From Limosilactobacillus gorillae (lineage in GTDB: Bacteria; Verrucomicrobiota; Kiritimatiellia; RFP12; UBA1067), in the NCBI GenBank assembly GCA_963653155.1, contig CAVJWR010000007.1, forward strand, positions 1 through 51,534: a stretch of DNA of 51,534 nt, in the 5' to 3' direction. Shown piece after piece: positions 26,408 to 35,365 of this stretch. The notes below the pieces were generated by a model. That model searched no databases. It was given only the letters and a program-made list of their open reading frames with translations, and was not told the origin of the DNA. Each line of letters starts with the position of its first letter. Within the stretch, counting starts at the first letter, position 1. The translations under genes and the position numbers were made by a program.

Positions 26408-27115
26408 GTGGATTTCGACCTGCTTAAGATACATCCGCTCGAATGCGATTTCGGCATGGGTTCTCTCTTTCATTTCTCGCCGGGCCGTACGCTGAAGGAG
26501 AAGCAGTTCTACCAGCCCCACATGCCGGAGGGGCGGGACCGTCTTGTGGACGCATTCCTCTGCGCGGAACTCGCGTTCGGCCATGCGGGCTACCTCATCC
26601 TCGACTGGATGTGGGAACCGGCGAAGATGTTCGGCCCGGCGTATTGTGGCGGCGGACGAGAAACATTCGCGGACGGCAAGGCCATTGCGATGCGCAGCTA
26701 TTACCTGATCCAGCCGATTGCCGCACGGTATACGCAAACGACAGCTGAAAGCATCCGGTACCTCGCCGCCAATGGACATTGGGTGGACGTGAATGACGCC
26801 TTGCGAAACGATGCGATCTCCAGGCGCCAGATACACGTCCGCTACGCCGATGGCACACACGTGATCGCCAATGGACATCCGTCTGAACGCCTACGCACGA
26901 CACTAGGCGGCACAGCGATTGACCTTCCATCCTATGGATTCCGGGCATGGACCGAGGACGGCACTATCTTCGTGGAGTCTGGCGATGCAGATGGTTCCAA
27001 ACCACGGTTCGACTATGCGGAAACCCCAAAGGCCATCTACATCGATGGACGCGGCTCGCCAACAGCATTCCGCAAGGGCCGCACCGATGGCGAGCCTGTC
27101 GTGACGCGCCGCTAA
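26408..27115 (+). CDS. Hypothetical protein, in-frame continuation of 24782-26404 (C-terminal 235 codons)
   Basis: Same frame as the upstream ORF (both start coordinates are congruent mod 3), separated only by TAG plus one Leu codon. There is no SD and only a GTG start. Confidence 0.5.
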   Translation: MDFDLLKIHPLECDFGMGSLFHFSPGRTLKEKQFYQPHMPEGRDRLVDAFLCAELAFGHAGYLILDWMWEPAKMFGPAYCGGGRETFADGKAIAMRSYYLIQPIAARYTQTTAESIRYLAANGHWVDVNDALRNDAISRRQIHVRYADGTHVIANGHPSERLRTTLGGTAIDLPSYGFRAWTEDGTIFVESGDADGSKPRFDYAETPKAIYIDGRGSPTAFRKGRTDGEPVVTRR

Positions 27116-27138
27116 CCCGGCAAAACGCGACGAAAGAC

Positions 27139-27726
27139 TTACGCTACGAGTCCCGCCACAACGGCGGCAAAGCGGCGCTTTGCGCGTGTAGGATCCTTCT
27201 CCACGCCAAGCATCACGCGCAAGGCGACCGATTCCATAAGCGCATACAGCGTCTCCGTGACCGCCTCAGGATCCACGTTGCCTCGCAATTCGCCGGAGGC
27301 TATTCCCTCCCTGACAAGCCTATCCAGCGCGACCTTGAAGCCACCGGTGAACTCGTCTATGCGTTCCGTCATGTCATGGCCGGAGCGAACCATTGCAAAA
27401 ACGAACTCATATATCGCGGAAAAGAAATCATTGTTGCCGTACATCGCATCTATCACGATGTAGCACGATTTTTCAAGGCGTACGGCCACAGGTTGGCGAT
27501 CTTCCGCGATTCGTCCGAATTCCGCCTTGAGGCCAGACGTTACGGAATGTATGGCCGCATCGAACAGCTCTCGCTTTGTCTTGAAATACCTGTATAGGGC
27601 GGTACGGGCTATACCGGTGGACTTGGAGATGTCGAGAAAGGATACTTTCGCGAAGCCCATGTTGGCGAAGAGCCGCATCGCGCTCGCGACTATGAGCTTC
27701 CGCCGTTCGCTATGATTCACTGCCAT
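27139..27726 (-). CDS. TetR/AcrR family transcriptional regulator
   Basis: 195 aa with an N-terminal HTH: RRKLIVASAMRLFANMGFAKVSFLDISKSTGIARTALYRYFKTKRELF. Confidence 0.85.
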   Translation of the reverse strand: MAVNHSERRKLIVASAMRLFANMGFAKVSFLDISKSTGIARTALYRYFKTKRELFDAAIHSVTSGLKAEFGRIAEDRQPVAVRLEKSCYIVIDAMYGNNDFFSAIYEFVFAMVRSGHDMTERIDEFTGGFKVALDRLVREGIASGELRGNVDPEAVTETLYALMESVALRVMLGVEKDPTRAKRRFAAVVAGLVA

Positions 27727-27745
27727 ATTGGTGCCGATTATATCA
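27727..27745 (-). promoter_or_regulatory. Extended -10 promoter close to the TetR start
   Basis: On the - strand TGaTATAAT (27745-27737), then 10 nt to ATG 27726. Confidence 0.4.
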
Positions 27746-27763
27746 TATGGCGCAAGCCGCAGG

Positions 27764-29326
27764 TCACTCCCACTCTATCGTCGCGGGAGGCTTGGACGAT
27801 ATGTCATACACTACACGGTTTATCCCGCGCACTTCGTTGATTATGCGGTTGGACATCGTTGCGAGAGTGTCGTACGGCAACCTCGTCCAGTCTGCGGTCA
27901 TCGCGTCCACGGAGTTCACCGAGCGGATTGCGCAGGTGTACTCGTACGTGCGCTGGTCGCCCATCACACCAACGGAACGGCACGGCAACAGCACTGCGAA
28001 AGTCTGCCATATCGTCTTGTAGTCGGGCAACTTGCGAACCTCCTCCTGAACGCGCAAATCGGCAAGCTGAAGCATCTTTACCTTTTCCTCGGTCACCTCA
28101 CCGACTATCCGCACTCCGAGGCCTGGCCCTGGAAACGGCTGCCTGTCGAGCAGTTCGTCCGCCATGCCCATCACCCTTCCGACGGCACGCACCTCGTCCT
28201 TGAAGAGTTCCTTTAGCGGCTCAACCAGCTCGAAATGCAGGTCTGAAGGGAGTCCGCCTACGTTGTGGTGGCTCTTTATCGTGTGCGACGGCCCCTTTAC
28301 CGGGGAACGGCTCTCTATCACATCAGGGTAGATGGTTCCCTGGGCGAGATACCGGCAATGGCTGTAGCGACGCGCCTCTTCGGCAAACACGTCAATGAAA
28401 AGCTTGCCTATGATCTTGCGCTTCGCTTCCGGCTCATCCACTCCCTTGAGCGCGGCATAGAACCTCTGTGCGGCACGGGCGACGGTCAAGTCCAATCCAA
28501 TGTTCTTCCTGAACATCTCCTCAACCTGCTCTGGCTCCTGGTAGCGGCCAAGCCCGTTATCCACATAGATGCAGTGGAGCCGCTTCCCTATGGCCTTGTT
28601 CAGCAACACCGCCACGACAGAGGAATCCACGCCGCCGGAAAGGCCTAGCACCACCTCATCGTCGCCGATCCTGCGCTTCAGGGACTCAACGGTAGACTCC
28701 ACCCAGTTGCCGAGATCCCAGCTCTTCTTTGCGCCGCAGACCTTGAACACGAAATTCGACAGTATCTGCGTGCCATATTGCGTATGCACCACTTCTGGGT
28801 GGAACTGGAGCGCATACATTCGCTTGCCGTTGTTGAACATCGCGGCGAACGGGCAGGTTGCGGATACCGCCCCCCTCTCGAAGTCGGCCGGTATCGCCTC
28901 AACCCTGTCCCCATGGCTCATCCAAACCGTAATCGTACTTGGGATTTCGCTGAACAGCGGATTGCCGGGCATGACCTCTATCGTCATCTTCCCGTATTCG
29001 CGCTCAATTCCTGGCACGACCTTGCCGCCGAACTTCTGGCTCATGAGCTGCATTCCGTAGCAAATTCCGAGAACGGGAACACCAAGGCTGAATATCTCCG
29101 GATCCACGCTCGGTGCGCCATCTTCGAACACGCTGTTTGGACCGCCCGACAGTATCACGCCAAGCGGGGGATTCTCGCGCAGCCTCTCGGCGGTGGTGGA
29201 GCAGCTGACTATCTCCGAATAGACCGCCATCTCCCGAATCCGCCTTGCGATCAACTGCGTGTACTGCGACCCGTAGTCCAATATCGCAATCCACTCCCTG
29301 CCATCTGCCGGAATCTGCTTTTCCAT
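27764..29326 (-). CDS. guaA: GMP synthase (glutamine-hydrolysing)
   Basis: ILDYGSQYTQLIARRIRE, GICYGMQL (GATase), GLSGGVDSSV (ATP-PPase P-loop) and the C-terminal ..SKPPATIEWE. The start is chosen at ATG 29326 (MEKQIP...), 9 nt downstream of GAAGGG. The ORF track extends to 29365. Confidence 0.9.
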   Translation of the reverse strand: MEKQIPADGREWIAILDYGSQYTQLIARRIREMAVYSEIVSCSTTAERLRENPPLGVILSGGPNSVFEDGAPSVDPEIFSLGVPVLGICYGMQLMSQKFGGKVVPGIEREYGKMTIEVMPGNPLFSEIPSTITVWMSHGDRVEAIPADFERGAVSATCPFAAMFNNGKRMYALQFHPEVVHTQYGTQILSNFVFKVCGAKKSWDLGNWVESTVESLKRRIGDDEVVLGLSGGVDSSVVAVLLNKAIGKRLHCIYVDNGLGRYQEPEQVEEMFRKNIGLDLTVARAAQRFYAALKGVDEPEAKRKIIGKLFIDVFAEEARRYSHCRYLAQGTIYPDVIESRSPVKGPSHTIKSHHNVGGLPSDLHFELVEPLKELFKDEVRAVGRVMGMADELLDRQPFPGPGLGVRIVGEVTEEKVKMLQLADLRVQEEVRKLPDYKTIWQTFAVLLPCRSVGVMGDQRTYEYTCAIRSVNSVDAMTADWTRLPYDTLATMSNRIINEVRGINRVVYDISSKPPATIEWE

Positions 29327-29381
29327 GTCATTCATCCCTTCACAAACCGACCCGCCTGCGCACAAAGCCAGGCGGACGCCA

Positions 29382-30914
29382 CTAAACCGTCTCCACTATA
29401 CCAAGCTTTGTCAGCCTGTAGTTCATCATGCGCGGGCTCACGCCAAGCTGACGCCCGGCGGCGCTGCGGTTGCCGTTGTTCTTACGTATCGCATCCTCCA
29501 GCACCCGCCTTTCGTAGGCAGCGAGCTTATCCGCTAGCGTCTCATGCCTATCCTGGGCATTGCCGAACGGCGACTCGGCATACTCCTCCGACTGCAGCTG
29601 CGGCGGCAGGTTGTACCCGTGTATCGTATCGTCCGTCGCGGTCAGTACCGCACGCTCTATGCAGTTCTCAAGCTCCCGGACGTTGCCGGGCCACTTCCAC
29701 GCAAGGAGCATGTTCACGGCCGGTTCGGAAAGCTTTGTGACCTTCTTGCCGTATTTTAGGCTCATCCTGCCCATGAAATGCTCCGCGAGAAGCAGCACGT
29801 CGCCGGTTCGCGACGCCAAATCCGGCATCGATATCGGGAACACCGAAAGCCGATAGTAAAGATCCTCGCGGAAACGTCCCTCAAGCATCATCTTCTCAAG
29901 GTTGCGGCTTGTCGCCGCAATGAAGCGGACATCGGAATGTATCTCCTCGTTTGAGCCTATGCGCGAGAACGTGCGTTCCTGAAGGAACCGCAACAGCTTG
30001 ACCTGAAGCGGAACGGAAAGGTCGCCTATCTCGTCAAGGAACAGGGTACCGCCATTCGCCGCCTCGGCACGGCCAATCCTGCGTTCGCGCGCATCGGTGA
30101 ATGCGCCCTTTTCGTGTCCGAACAATTCCGACTCTATGAGGGCTTCCGGCAACGCCGCGCAGTTGAGCGTTATGAACGGCTTGCCCTTGCGCTGGGAAAG
30201 CCGCTGTATCGCCTGTGCGACGAGTTCCTTGCCTGTGCCGCTCGCGCCACGGATGAGCACGGTCGCGTCCGACGGCGCGACCTGCCTTATCTGCTCATAC
30301 ACGGAACGCATCTCGCGGCAGTTGCCGATCATGTCGCCGGGAGTCTCCGCGAGCATATCCCTCAGTTTCCTGTTTTCCGACTCAAGCTTCTCGCGCTCTT
30401 CGCGTTCCTTGAGGCACACGCCGGCGGCATCCGCCGTTATGTTCGCGATTATCTGCAGCAACGCGACATCGCGGTTGAAGGACTCCACAGAACTGTCCGG
30501 CGGATTTACGCGGTCTATCGAGAGCGTACCTATGACCTGGCCAAGGTGTATCAGCGGCACACACACGAACGCTATGGCCTCGGAATCGCTGCGTGCACCC
30601 GTGCGGTTCAGGAAACGATGATCCTTGCGGATATCCGGCACCACTTCGGCGCACCCAGTCTTGGCGACGGTGCCGGTTATGCCTTCGCCGAGCCTATAGT
30701 GGCCGTGGGCCTTTTCGGCCTCGCCAAGGCCGCGTGACGCCTCTATCGAAACCTCGTCCCCGTCTAGCAAAGTGAACGTGCCGCGAAGGGTGCCCATGCG
30801 GCTCTCTAGTATCTCAAGCACCTTTTCGAGGATATCCCTCACATTCCTCTCGCACACAAGGACGGTGCTTATATCCCGCAGAACATCTATCTCTGGCGAC
30901 AACTTCGCTTTCAT
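29382..30914 (-). CDS. Sigma54-dependent transcriptional activator with N-terminal GAF domain (NifA-like architecture)
   Basis: GAF-like N-terminus, then an AAA+ sigma54-interaction domain (VLIRGASGTGKELVA, ESELFGHEKGAFTDA, GGTLFLDEIGD), then a C-terminal Fis-type HTH (NGNRSAAGRQLGVSPRMMNYRLTKLGI). Confidence 0.85.
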   Translation of the reverse strand: MKAKLSPEIDVLRDISTVLVCERNVRDILEKVLEILESRMGTLRGTFTLLDGDEVSIEASRGLGEAEKAHGHYRLGEGITGTVAKTGCAEVVPDIRKDHRFLNRTGARSDSEAIAFVCVPLIHLGQVIGTLSIDRVNPPDSSVESFNRDVALLQIIANITADAAGVCLKEREEREKLESENRKLRDMLAETPGDMIGNCREMRSVYEQIRQVAPSDATVLIRGASGTGKELVAQAIQRLSQRKGKPFITLNCAALPEALIESELFGHEKGAFTDARERRIGRAEAANGGTLFLDEIGDLSVPLQVKLLRFLQERTFSRIGSNEEIHSDVRFIAATSRNLEKMMLEGRFREDLYYRLSVFPISMPDLASRTGDVLLLAEHFMGRMSLKYGKKVTKLSEPAVNMLLAWKWPGNVRELENCIERAVLTATDDTIHGYNLPPQLQSEEYAESPFGNAQDRHETLADKLAAYERRVLEDAIRKNNGNRSAAGRQLGVSPRMMNYRLTKLGIVETV

Positions 30915-30952
30915 GGGTGTGGTATTTTACCAACTTTCAACATGGCGGTCAA
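30915..30952 (-). promoter_or_regulatory. Near-consensus sigma70 promoter, (near-)leaderless, for the GAF-sigma54 activator gene
   Basis: On the - strand: TTGACC (30952-30947), a 17-nt spacer, TAAAAT (30929-30924), then 9 nt to ATG 30914. Confidence 0.5.
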
Positions 30953-31012
30953 ATATCGCCGTCCGTCCATCATGTCGAATGGAGGGTCAGCCGCCAACCG
31001 CAGGCGCCATTG

Positions 31013-31573
31013 TCAGCCCTTGAAGATGACGAACTTGCGCACAAAGAAGTTGACGAAGAAGGAAACCACGATCTCGACCACAACGGCAACCGTAGTCATG
31101 ATCGCGAATTGGTCGATCAGCACCTTCATGACACCGAGCGCCATCAGAGTCGCGGCTGTGGATACCCCAAAGAACATCGCGAGTTCAATGTGCCATTTGT
31201 ATTTTCCGGGAGTGAACACAAACCAGCGGTTCATCAGCCAACAAAATACATTGGCCACGACAAACCCGCTGGCCGTAGCCAAGGCGGCAAGCATACCACG
31301 GGAGGCATACCACGCCTCATTGCCCGTGAACGTGGCATGCGGCAACCCCAGAAACCGCACCGCAAAGTCATCTGAGGTGAGACACTTCAGGCATGTCGCG
31401 GCAAGCACATAGAATATGCCCGTCTGCACACAGGTAGACAATACGCCGATTACGCCGTACTTCACAAATTGCGCGAACGGACCGCCATCGTGCGAAAGAA
31501 AACGCATGACCCTCGACCATCTGTCTGAAACCGAGTGCCCGCAATCTGTCATCGCACCGTCATCCATAACCAA
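31013..31573 (-). CDS. GtrA family membrane protein
   Basis: 186 aa, four TM segments, FAQFVKYGVIGVLSTCVQTGIFYVL and ANVFCWLMNRWFVF motifs. Confidence 0.75.
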   Translation of the reverse strand: MVMDDGAMTDCGHSVSDRWSRVMRFLSHDGGPFAQFVKYGVIGVLSTCVQTGIFYVLAATCLKCLTSDDFAVRFLGLPHATFTGNEAWYASRGMLAALATASGFVVANVFCWLMNRWFVFTPGKYKWHIELAMFFGVSTAATLMALGVMKVLIDQFAIMTTVAVVVEIVVSFFVNFFVRKFVIFKG

Positions 31574-31581
31574 ACACTCCT

Positions 31582-32514
31582 CTACCGTTTTCGGGCGCGA
31601 CGCTTGAACAGCGTACGTACCTCGTTAACATATGGACGGTCAGTAGATATCGATATGTGATCGATCCCGCTTCTGTTGAAGAACCTCATGAGATCATCAT
31701 CCTCTTCCGCCGCCGTTGCCGCAAAAGAATCGCGCACACGCCTATCTGACGTGTCCACAAGGACAAGCTCGCCCGTCTCCGGATCCTCAAGCTCCACAAG
31801 GCCAGCGTCAGGAAGCTTCCGTTCAGCCGGATCGGACACCGCGACACACACCACATCGTGCCTTCTGGCCATTACCTGAAGCAACCTTTTCCATGAAGCC
31901 TGACGGCGCATATCGCCGCCATCGCCCACATTCCCATCCTGTACGCCATAATCCTGAAAGTCGGAGACGAGAAACACTACGCACTTCCGCTTCTGGACTC
32001 CGTTCAGGAACCGGATGGCCCCTGCGACATCCGTACCGCCCATCGCATCATCCTCTGCGGCAAGCACCTCCCGCACAATGCGCATGACAGGCTGCCGCCC
32101 CTTGCGGGGAGGAATGAACTTGACTATCTTGTCCGAAAATAGGATCAGCCCTATCTTATCCTGGTTCCTTATCGCCGTGAGGGCCAGGAGAGCGGTGACC
32201 TCTGCGGCGAGTTCTGCCTTTGAGCGCATTACGCTGCCATACGACTGCGAACCGGAAATGTCCACAAGGAAAAGCACGGTGAGTTCACGCTCTTCGCTAA
32301 ATCGTTTTATGAAAGGCTCGCCTGTGCGAGCCGTGACGTTCCAGTCTATCGTGCGGACATCATCGCCGGGCACGTAGGGACGCACCTCGTCGAATTCGAC
32401 GCCCTGCCCCTTGAAGGTCGAATGGTAGTCGCCCGCAAGCTGGTCGTCGATCAGCTTGTTGGTGAGGATCCGAATCTTCCCCACCTTCGCCATCAATTCC
32501 TTAACGTCAGTCAT
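31582..32514 (-). CDS. DUF58 (vWA-like) protein, MoxR partner
   Basis: GDYHSTFKGQGVEFDEVRPYVPGDDVRTIDWNVTARTGEPFIKRFSEERE is the classic DUF58 signature. It lies directly downstream of the MoxR ATPase gene. Confidence 0.85.
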   Translation of the reverse strand: MTDVKELMAKVGKIRILTNKLIDDQLAGDYHSTFKGQGVEFDEVRPYVPGDDVRTIDWNVTARTGEPFIKRFSEERELTVLFLVDISGSQSYGSVMRSKAELAAEVTALLALTAIRNQDKIGLILFSDKIVKFIPPRKGRQPVMRIVREVLAAEDDAMGGTDVAGAIRFLNGVQKRKCVVFLVSDFQDYGVQDGNVGDGGDMRRQASWKRLLQVMARRHDVVCVAVSDPAERKLPDAGLVELEDPETGELVLVDTSDRRVRDSFAATAAEEDDDLMRFFNRSGIDHISISTDRPYVNEVRTLFKRRARKR

Positions 32515-32592
32515 GGTTCACATTATTCCAAAAGCATGACGCCAGAACCTGTGCGCTTTTTGCACGGAGAATAATGCTCGGCACTCTTTCGC

Positions 32593-33555
32593 TCACGGCA
32601 CCGGGACTTCGGAGAGGATCTTGTCGATGATCTTGTCGGACGTGATGCCCTCGGCCTCCGCCTCGTAGGTGAGGAGGATGCGGTGACGGAGGACGTCATG
32701 CACGACTTCCTTCACGTCCTGTGGCGTCGCGTAGGCGCGGCCATGCACAAGCGCATTCGCGCGCGCCGCCTTGTTCAGTGCAAGCGTAGCGCGAGGCGAG
32801 GCGCCGATCTGGATCATTTCGCTCGTCTCACGGGTCTTGAATACTATGTCGAGGATGTAGTCGCCGACTTTCTCATCGCAATACACCTCTTTCAGTGTCG
32901 CACGTAGCGTCGCGATGTCCTCTGGCGTTGCCACCGTGCTCGCTTCCGGTGGTTTTGCACCCTGCGCGAACCGCTCCATTATGCGGCGCTCGTCAGTCTT
33001 CGATGGCGTCTCCACGAGGCACTTGAACATGAAGCGGTCGACCTGCGCCTCCGGAAGCGGATACGTACCTTCCTGTTCGATAGGATTCTGCGTCGCGAGG
33101 ACAAGAAACGGCTGTGGCAGCTTGTACGTCTCATCTCCGATCGTGACCTGCCTCTCCTGCATCGATTCAAGCAATGCGCTCTGCACCTTCGCCGGGGCGC
33201 GGTTGATTTCGTCCGCGAGAAGGAGGTTCGTGAATACCGGCCCCTTCTTCGGCGTGAACTCACCCGTCTTCGGCGAGTAGACGAGCGTGCCGACCACATC
33301 GGCAGGCAGAAGGTCCGGCGTGAAGGAAATGCGCCTGAAATCAAGGCCAAGCACCTTCGCCAACGTGTTCACGCTCAGGGTCTTCGCAAGGCCAGGCACA
33401 CCTTCAAGCAAAATGTGACCATCGGTTATCAGCGCAAGCACCAGACGGTCAATCAGCCTTTCCTGCCCAACGATAACCTTGCCAACCTCTTCGCGTATCT
33501 TAGTCACCAGTTCAGACTGCGCGGCAACCTTGTTCATCTGCCCAGCAAGATCCAT
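32593..33555 (-). CDS. MoxR family AAA+ ATPase
   Basis: VIVGQERLIDRLVLALITDGHILLEGVPGLAKT, RISFTPDLLPADVVGT, LLADEINRAPAKVQSALLE. An AAGGAG SD lies 8 nt upstream. Confidence 0.9.
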   Translation of the reverse strand: MDLAGQMNKVAAQSELVTKIREEVGKVIVGQERLIDRLVLALITDGHILLEGVPGLAKTLSVNTLAKVLGLDFRRISFTPDLLPADVVGTLVYSPKTGEFTPKKGPVFTNLLLADEINRAPAKVQSALLESMQERQVTIGDETYKLPQPFLVLATQNPIEQEGTYPLPEAQVDRFMFKCLVETPSKTDERRIMERFAQGAKPPEASTVATPEDIATLRATLKEVYCDEKVGDYILDIVFKTRETSEMIQIGASPRATLALNKAARANALVHGRAYATPQDVKEVVHDVLRHRILLTYEAEAEGITSDKIIDKILSEVPVP

Positions 33556-33570
33556 ATCAATGCTCCTTGA

Positions 33571-34296
33571 CTACTTGTCCGTAACGAGAGTGCCAACGGC
33601 CTCGCCCTTTACAACGCGTTCAAGGGCATTGCCGTCAAAGAAATCGAACACAACTATCGGGATATCGTTATCCATGCAAAGCGCGAAAGCGGCGGAATCC
33701 ATGACCTTGAGCCGTTTCTCTATGGCCGTCTCATATTTGAGGGAGCCATACTTCTTCGCCTTGGGATCCTTCATCGGATCAGCCGTGTATATCCCATCCA
33801 CCTTGGTGGCCTTCAATAGCGCATCCGCACCGATTTCGCTGGCCCGCAGCGCAGCCGCCGAATCCGTGGAGAAGTACGGATTGCCAGTACCTCCTGCAAA
33901 TATGCACACGCGCCCCTTCTCGAAGTGGCGTATCGCCTTACGCTGTATGAACGGCTCCGCCAACTTCGGCATCTCGATGGCCGTCATCACCCGGGTCGGG
34001 ACACCTATGGACTCAAGGGCGTTCATCATCGCCAGGCCGTTTATGATTGTCGCGAGCATTCCCATCGAATCGCCGGTCACGCGGTTGACGCCCTTCGCCG
34101 AGCCGGAAAGCCCACGGAAGATGTTCCCGCCGCCAAGCACGATCCCCACTTCGCAGCCAAGCTTGTGGATCTTTTTGACGCGCTCGGCCATAAACGCGAG
34201 TCGCTTGGGGTCGATGCATTCCCCGGTCTCGCGATTGGCGAGCACTTCGCCGGAGAGTTTAAGCAAAATACGTTTGAATTTTAGTTTTCGCTTCAT
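33571..34296 (-). CDS. pyrH: UMP kinase
   Basis: RILLKLSGEVL, IVLGGGNIFRG, FAGGTGNPYFSTDSAAALRA, ATKVDGIYTADP. Confidence 0.9.
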   Translation of the reverse strand: MKRKLKFKRILLKLSGEVLANRETGECIDPKRLAFMAERVKKIHKLGCEVGIVLGGGNIFRGLSGSAKGVNRVTGDSMGMLATIINGLAMMNALESIGVPTRVMTAIEMPKLAEPFIQRKAIRHFEKGRVCIFAGGTGNPYFSTDSAAALRASEIGADALLKATKVDGIYTADPMKDPKAKKYGSLKYETAIEKRLKVMDSAAFALCMDNDIPIVVFDFFDGNALERVVKGEAVGTLVTDK

Positions 34297-34328
34297 GGCG
34301 CATATTGTACGAAATTCAGACCTTCAAA

Positions 34329-35348
34329 TCAAGTGCAGAGAGGCTTGCGGGGAAAACGTGCGTCAAGCTCCATGGTGTCGGAAAGGGATCGCGCAGCCGA
34401 CACGGAATCCCCGACGGAAAGGTTCATCGCCGCCGCGCACGACGCAAGCCTCATCCCCTCTTCGGCAGACATCCCTCTTACGAACGAATAGAGCATTCCG
34501 GCGCAGAAGGCGTCCCCAGCCCCGACAGAGCCCCTTATCCATCCCTTCGGAAGATCGAGCGACGGCACAGCCGTAAAGTTCCCGGACTTGTCGAGGGATA
34601 CGCTCAGTTCCGGAGAATGCACCACGACCTGCTCCTTCACCCCAAGGCCGAACAGGCCTTCGCAAATGCGGCGCAAGCACGAGACGGAAGCCTTGCCGTC
34701 CTCGCAACCGGCGGGAAGGCCAGTGGCGTTAGCCCCTTCCACCTCGTTTATCACCACATAGTCGCAATGCCTCAGCGATGGCCTCACCACGCGGGCAAAG
34801 CGTGCGGACTGTTCGCTGACGATATCCACGGAAGTCTTTATCCCGGCCGCCCGCACCTTTGCGAGAAGCCGGGCCGCCTTTGTCCCAAACTCTTCATCCT
34901 CCGCATCGAGGCCATCAAGCAGAAGCAGGTAACCAAGGTGGAACAGGCTACAGCCAAGCGTAGCCGGATCAATGTCGTCAGGCGTGAGCTTGGAGTCGGC
35001 CCCGTGCATGTTGAAGAACGTCCGCTCGCCAGTCGACGCTACCGTCATTACGTCCGTAAACGACGTAGGGACGCCATCGACTTTCTGTACGCCAGAGACG
35101 TCAAGTCCGTTCTCGCGCAGGAATCCAGTGACAAAGTCGCCCGCATCGTCAGCCCCAACCTTGCCGACAGCGGCGACATCAATCGACGGATCCAGCCTCT
35201 TGAGGTCTATGCCGCTGTTGGACACAGAGCCGCCAGGGGATCTGCGCACCGATGTGATCGGCACGAGCATCCCCTTCTTCGGCCAGGCGGTGATGGTCTT
35301 TACGTTGTCGACTATTATGTTGCCGGCGAGTACGACTCTGTCAGACAT
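34329..35348 (-). CDS. PfkB family carbohydrate kinase
   Basis: The start is taken at internal ATG 35348 (MSDRVVLAGNIIVD...). The long ORF-track version (to 35591) overlaps the upstream gene. Motifs PGGSVSN and GAGDAFCAG are present. Confidence 0.8.
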   Translation of the reverse strand: MSDRVVLAGNIIVDNVKTITAWPKKGMLVPITSVRRSPGGSVSNSGIDLKRLDPSIDVAAVGKVGADDAGDFVTGFLRENGLDVSGVQKVDGVPTSFTDVMTVASTGERTFFNMHGADSKLTPDDIDPATLGCSLFHLGYLLLLDGLDAEDEEFGTKAARLLAKVRAAGIKTSVDIVSEQSARFARVVRPSLRHCDYVVINEVEGANATGLPAGCEDGKASVSCLRRICEGLFGLGVKEQVVVHSPELSVSLDKSGNFTAVPSLDLPKGWIRGSVGAGDAFCAGMLYSFVRGMSAEEGMRLASCAAAMNLSVGDSVSAARSLSDTMELDARFPRKPLCT

Positions 35349-35365
35349 ATCTGGCTCCGTGCAGA

